Shown piece after piece: positions 61,001 through 64,000 of a stretch of 64,000 nucleotides of DNA. The stretch is taken from the UHGV virus genome UHGV-0036384, one strand, 5' to 3'. The notes under the pieces were generated by a model, which was not told the origin of the DNA, searched no databases, and was given only the letters and a program-made list of their open reading frames with translations. Origin of the DNA: a virus. Every line of letters begins with the position of its first letter. Positions within the stretch are counted from its first letter, which is position 1. The position numbers and the translations under genes are program-made.

Positions 61001-64000
61001 ACATACGCGGTCCATATCCCTGATTATTGAGAAGATCGGACGGGCTTTCTCGTGCTCAATCACGCCGTCTTCATTGACCGAGGTCGTTACGCCATTGTTG
61101 GCTTTGGCTGCCGCTTCCGCCTGCTGACGCAATTCTTCATACGCCGCCAGTTGTTCTTCCGTAAGTGGTGCATCCTGCTGGTGTTCGTCCAGTTCCGGGA
61201 TCTCCACGGTATCCTTAACGTCTTCCGCCGTTTTAAGCGTTGTCCAGCGATGGAATATGCCGCGCAGCGCATCAAGGTTTTCAAAGCCCACCAGCGCCAT
61301 TTTTTCTTCAACTTCACCGCTGATTTTCTGTACCGTTTCCAGCCTGGTCTTGCCGAAGAATTTAACGAAGTCATCAGGACCGTAGATCCCCATCTTCTGC
61401 CAGTATTCCTTCGGCAGCACATGAGAAAGCATGTTGTATGCATCGATCGGGGTGTTAACGACTGGCGTTGCAGTCAGGAGAACCGGTCCGCGCCCACCAT
61501 TCTTTTTCATCAGGTACGCGTTTTTAATTGCCATATCCCGCGCCGATTGCGCCACCGCGCTGGTGGGCAGATAGGCCAGTTGTGACGCTTCGCGACCATT
61601 TTTATAGCTATTGCGGTAGTTGTGACCTTCGTCAGCGATCACACTATCGAAGCCCATATCCTCAAAGTACGGATACTTCTCTGCTTTTTCGGTGCCGGTA
61701 TCTGAATACTCCGACAATACCCGGCGACGCGCGGCCTCTTTGCGGTGGGAGTCGGAGTCCATTGCGCTGGCTACGCGCCCGGCGGCAACGAAGTCATAAA
61801 GCATATCCTGTGCATGCTCATCTACGGTGTCATCACGTAGCGGAATGCGGGCGTATTGTTCTTTGGTAAACACGACTGCACGGTAATTTGAGTGCGGGAT
61901 CGCGTTCATCCGCGCCGTGATAGTGGCTTCATCTGCCAGTTTTAGGGCATCGCGCATAACTGGAGTGCCATCAGTACCAAGAACAGGTTTACCGTTCTCA
62001 TCGAGCACCGGCACCTGGCGAATCTGATCGCCATCCATCAGCACATCAAGACCGACGAACAGGTAGTTACTGAATGCCTCTTCACTCAGGAATTCTTTTG
62101 CTTCGTAATACCAGTTTTCCAGCACTGATTTAGGCACTACATACGCAGTACGGGTGGAGCGACCGTTCTCATAGTTGAACGCCTCAAGCGCCAGCGCGGT
62201 CGTAGTTTTACCCAGCCCGGTGCCGAAGCCCAGGATGCCGCGCCCATCTTCGGACAGTCGGCGCACTTCGCTATTCTGGTAATCAAATGGCTGGCGCTTA
62301 CCGCTTAATCCCTTCAACCCAAGCGGATCGCCAGAGTGTTCATACGGGATATTGCTATTGAACACATCGTTGTATTTGGCAACCAGTTCATCGTAGCGAT
62401 CGTGCGTCTTGATCCACTTATTGAACTGGTCCTCAAGCAGTGCCATCTGCTCGCGGTAGCCGTTCGCCGTCGCGCTATCTTTGCCACCGATACGCGCACC
62501 ATTGAGATACTTTTCCAGCTGTGCCGGGAACCCGGTCGCGTTTTCACCTGATTTACGGTCCCACTCGTAGCGGATCTCGCCTGTTTCTTTATCCTTGCGC
62601 TGGACGACACCGTATCGGTGCCCGACGAACAGGCCATCACCACCGTGATAGGTGTCAGAAACCATTTCGTCGCCTTCCAGCTGCACTGACTGCACATAGC
62701 GCAGATCCGGATAGCCGTTTTCCTGCAAAAACTCCAGAATGACGGAACGGTCGAACCAACGGCTATTGAGCTTAAAGCGGATATTCTCTGCTGGCGTCTT
62801 GATGCGCTTCTCTTCGATCGCTGCCAGCTGATTAAGGACGTTGTTCTTTACTGGACCGTCGGGGAGCGTGGCGAGGAATTCCTGTTTTGGAGCCACTATC
62901 TCGTTAATGTCGCCGCTGGTGGCGCGGGCGAACGGAACAATCCCGCCATACGGAGAAACCGCAATACCAGGGGTGCTGGCCAATAAATTGAGTAACTCTT
63001 CATCACTGGCTGGCAGTTCGCCGGTAAACGCAAGGCGGAAATCATCGAGCTGGATTGGATCGCGGGTAAGATCGCTATAGAGATAACGCAGGGTATCCTG
63101 ATAGCTGGTGGAGTCATAACTGGCGCTGGAATCATGCGTAACCAGCTTTCCTGTCAGCTCGTCAGAAATAGTGCCATCCAGCTTAATTGCACCACGGAAA
63201 GCAAACCAGGCGCGCGCACCGCTTCCCGATAATTTAGCTATCGGACCGCGACCGGGGTTACCAAAATGGTCAATCTCTGCCTGCAAACGGGACACCAGAG
63301 AAAGGCGCTGTTGTTCGATTTGTTCAGCACTATGCCCGGCGGCCTTCATATCCTGATATTCAATTAACATCCGGCCAATCATCGCCCCGCGATACAAGCG
63401 TTCACGGTATTTTTCAGGCTGGCTGTTAATCCAGTCCACCAGCTGCACCATATCGTCGCTGATTGATGTGGTGTACTTATCGCGGACATTTGCCATCTGG
63501 GTAAATGTCATGCCGAGACGGCCTTCTGTTGTAGTCAGGTTACGCTGAAGAGCCTCCCAGCTATCCGCGCCATAACTGGCAGCATCGATCTTAAGTTCCT
63601 TCCCGGCATCAGCTTCAATCCAGCGACCACCAGCATATTTTTGCCATACACCATTAATCAGGCGCATTTCCCCTTCACCAACAACGTCTGCGGTCGGTGA
63701 CGGTTCAGCCATATCGAGCAAAGACCAGTCGATACGGCTTTCGAAACGATGAATCAGCTTCGCTTTAAGAGCCTGGTTATCAATCTGACCGTCGGCACGA
63801 ACCTCAATACGCCCCTGGAAGCCCTTTTCCTGGGTGCCATGAACAAACCGGCGGCCATCCTTTTCAAACCACTTGCCAGAAATAAACGTTGGCCAAAGCA
63901 CATTTGCCGATTCAAGAGTGCCTTCATCCACCAGGGGGATTTTCTCAGCCATCTCTGCCGGATGTTTGCGCATCAGCACCACATCAACGACTGTACTGGT
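58019..64000 (-). CDS. darB: DarB-like giant antirestriction protein (helicase part and C-terminus; N-terminus lies beyond window end)
   Basis: Uninterrupted minus-strand frame of more than 1987 codons; Walker A GFGTGLGKTTTA, DEGH box VIADEGHNYRN; ORF still open at window edge. Confidence 0.8.
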   Translation of the reverse strand, partial: TSTVVDVVLMRKHPAEMAEKIPLVDEGTLESANVLWPTFISGKWFEKDGRRFVHGTQEKGFQGRIEVRADGQIDNQALKAKLIHRFESRIDWSLLDMAEPSPTADVVGEGEMRLINGVWQKYAGGRWIEADAGKELKIDAASYGADSWEALQRNLTTTEGRLGMTFTQMANVRDKYTTSISDDMVQLVDWINSQPEKYRERLYRGAMIGRMLIEYQDMKAAGHSAEQIEQQRLSLVSRLQAEIDHFGNPGRGPIAKLSGSGARAWFAFRGAIKLDGTISDELTGKLVTHDSSASYDSTSYQDTLRYLYSDLTRDPIQLDDFRLAFTGELPASDEELLNLLASTPGIAVSPYGGIVPFARATSGDINEIVAPKQEFLATLPDGPVKNNVLNQLAAIEEKRIKTPAENIRFKLNSRWFDRSVILEFLQENGYPDLRYVQSVQLEGDEMVSDTYHGGDGLFVGHRYGVVQRKDKETGEIRYEWDRKSGENATGFPAQLEKYLNGARIGGKDSATANGYREQMALLEDQFNKWIKTHDRYDELVAKYNDVFNSNIPYEHSGDPLGLKGLSGKRQPFDYQNSEVRRLSEDGRGILGFGTGLGKTTTALALEAFNYENGRSTRTAYVVPKSVLENWYYEAKEFLSEEAFSNYLFVGLDVLMDGDQIRQVPVLDENGKPVLGTDGTPVMRDALKLADEATITARMNAIPHSNYRAVVFTKEQYARIPLRDDTVDEHAQDMLYDFVAAGRVASAMDSDSHRKEAARRRVLSEYSDTGTEKAEKYPYFEDMGFDSVIADEGHNYRNSYKNGREASQLAYLPTSAVAQSARDMAIKNAYLMKKNGGRGPVLLTATPVVNTPIDAYNMLSHVLPKEYWQKMGIYGPDDFVKFFGKTRLETVQKISGEVEEKMALVGFENLDALRGIFHRWTTLKTAEDVKDTVEIPELDEHQQDAPLTEEQLAAYEELRQQAEAAAKANNGVTTSVNEDGVIEHEKARPIFSIIRDMDRVCTDMDLYYRRITYRFLPEYADAVQQLADSLPKQATSEDDDSDDSITQQSQYSLIDKGEFIQLQVPEAFEQEVNNRLARFGIDEQTVTHPVTPKYAKLIATLKEFFPEGKQIIFTDEKTQHQKLKRIICNALNLEPSKVGILNAQTVAEAGKTGKKLKAVKPPKELPDEPTDAQIAKYNEQMALYDAYIAQQNEMSLGGLEKIAADFQEGRTPIIICNKKAEVGINLHRGTTDIHHLTLPWTPASIAQRNGRGARVGSNRASVRVHYYCGKGSFDEYRLKTLKRKAGWISDILRSDKSEMENADANDMIEMQMYTAKDDGERLVMMQVQMDKAKAAKRARQKEQATIDLQNYIKAQHAAGEDVEVLTAELERSKAELEKTTADVAKFKQAVMAKAADNADWKARWGSVHHTDRMLLAQYRASLKSAIQRKANISQAISRYEKLLNRTQKAATDIKRLRPLVEDAINKGILDVDPDLVNHANEFLVIGDRSWRVGQYYDCAGDIVRIKSLDFDSQRADVEIIFTFKGTKSGNWDVKTLDKQVDVTPDEDAVMQKISGGVSIAGINDIISCDDFYRFQQRGMIKITDSYGVQTTESGYSIDFVGTYTDPLKHAVYPDRRDGALKSSIAKWVLGMMSEGNNRQIRSAETFLVELFGSNYGDVIASYGDTLSPEAIQEKIADAIARMPEKTSQGSTRNGDSELEVTNAIFGTNEFRASDYEITTAQFGTIGIYSNKDEIKQAMDAASARIAAERKANLNHAVAALTQSWVTAIREAATTGKITPAIADVVNDGSKFMDAYQMDAVKLPSAYGQLSYRMTYNLVSMFSDLAILGLVDLNEVTPELLSMRKNHVEILQRVNTVLAGRTDEEKQADADRINLALGNITEEEIAARNEKQEELSSIQGDATSIAQSLGLNYRVSTADLKMMYAPKFAAGEVFGLQEASGMKGVLFRAKDAIKAKFGARWLPAKAKNSDFPGNWWIIETKHNVADVLAVIQQYA

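Noticed and set aside
58150-63356. Numerous 60-180-aa ORFs on the plus strand
   Set aside because: All are antisense to the continuous darB frame, with no RBS or independent coding signal.

Overview
This window reads as about 64 kb of a P1-like temperate phage / plasmid-prophage genome, largely syntenic with enterobacteria phage P1. All calls are made by eye from the sequence and the ORF track; no database search was run. Several proteins have lengths and sequences I recognise as P1 proteins (Cre 343 aa with a canonical 34-bp loxP upstream, Phd, Doc, C1, Coi, RepA, ParA, ParB, KilA, RepL, PacA, PacB, Dmt). In order, the window holds: the immI module (c4-like RNA region, icd, ant); the kilA-repL lytic replicon; a minus-strand late operon (tube-like, sheath-like, head-like); parS-parB-parA; incA iterons, repA and oriR/incC; a minus-strand cluster (lipoprotein, PAAR-like); hrdC and the bifunctional methyltransferase dmt; an ORF-poor structured region with tRNA-Asn and tRNA-Thr plus a repeated hairpin family; plp; a tRNA-Ile2-like gene; ban; a six-gene minus-strand baseplate/tail cluster; a long plus-strand block of small genes (VRR-NUC nuclease, two paralogous GT42-like proteins, the Ppp phosphatase, a GT-A-like protein, tandem Ead/Ea22-like paralogs, several small hydrophobic peptides); hot, a LexA box, humD-phd-doc; lpa-pacA(pac)-pacB; c1-coi; loxP-cre-ref-mat. 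The position where P1 carries res-mod-IS1-isaAB is instead occupied by a single AT-rich gene for a 378-aa protein with all four RelA/SpoT synthetase motifs, i.e. a fused toxSAS (CapRel-like) candidate anti-phage module. That is followed by lxc, ulx and the 5'-truncated giant darB gene. C1 operator-like 17-mers recur throughout. The most interesting loci are the toxSAS hotspot gene, the tRNA-linked hairpin repeat family, the glycosyltransferase-like/phosphatase block, and an AT-rich island of small membrane peptides.
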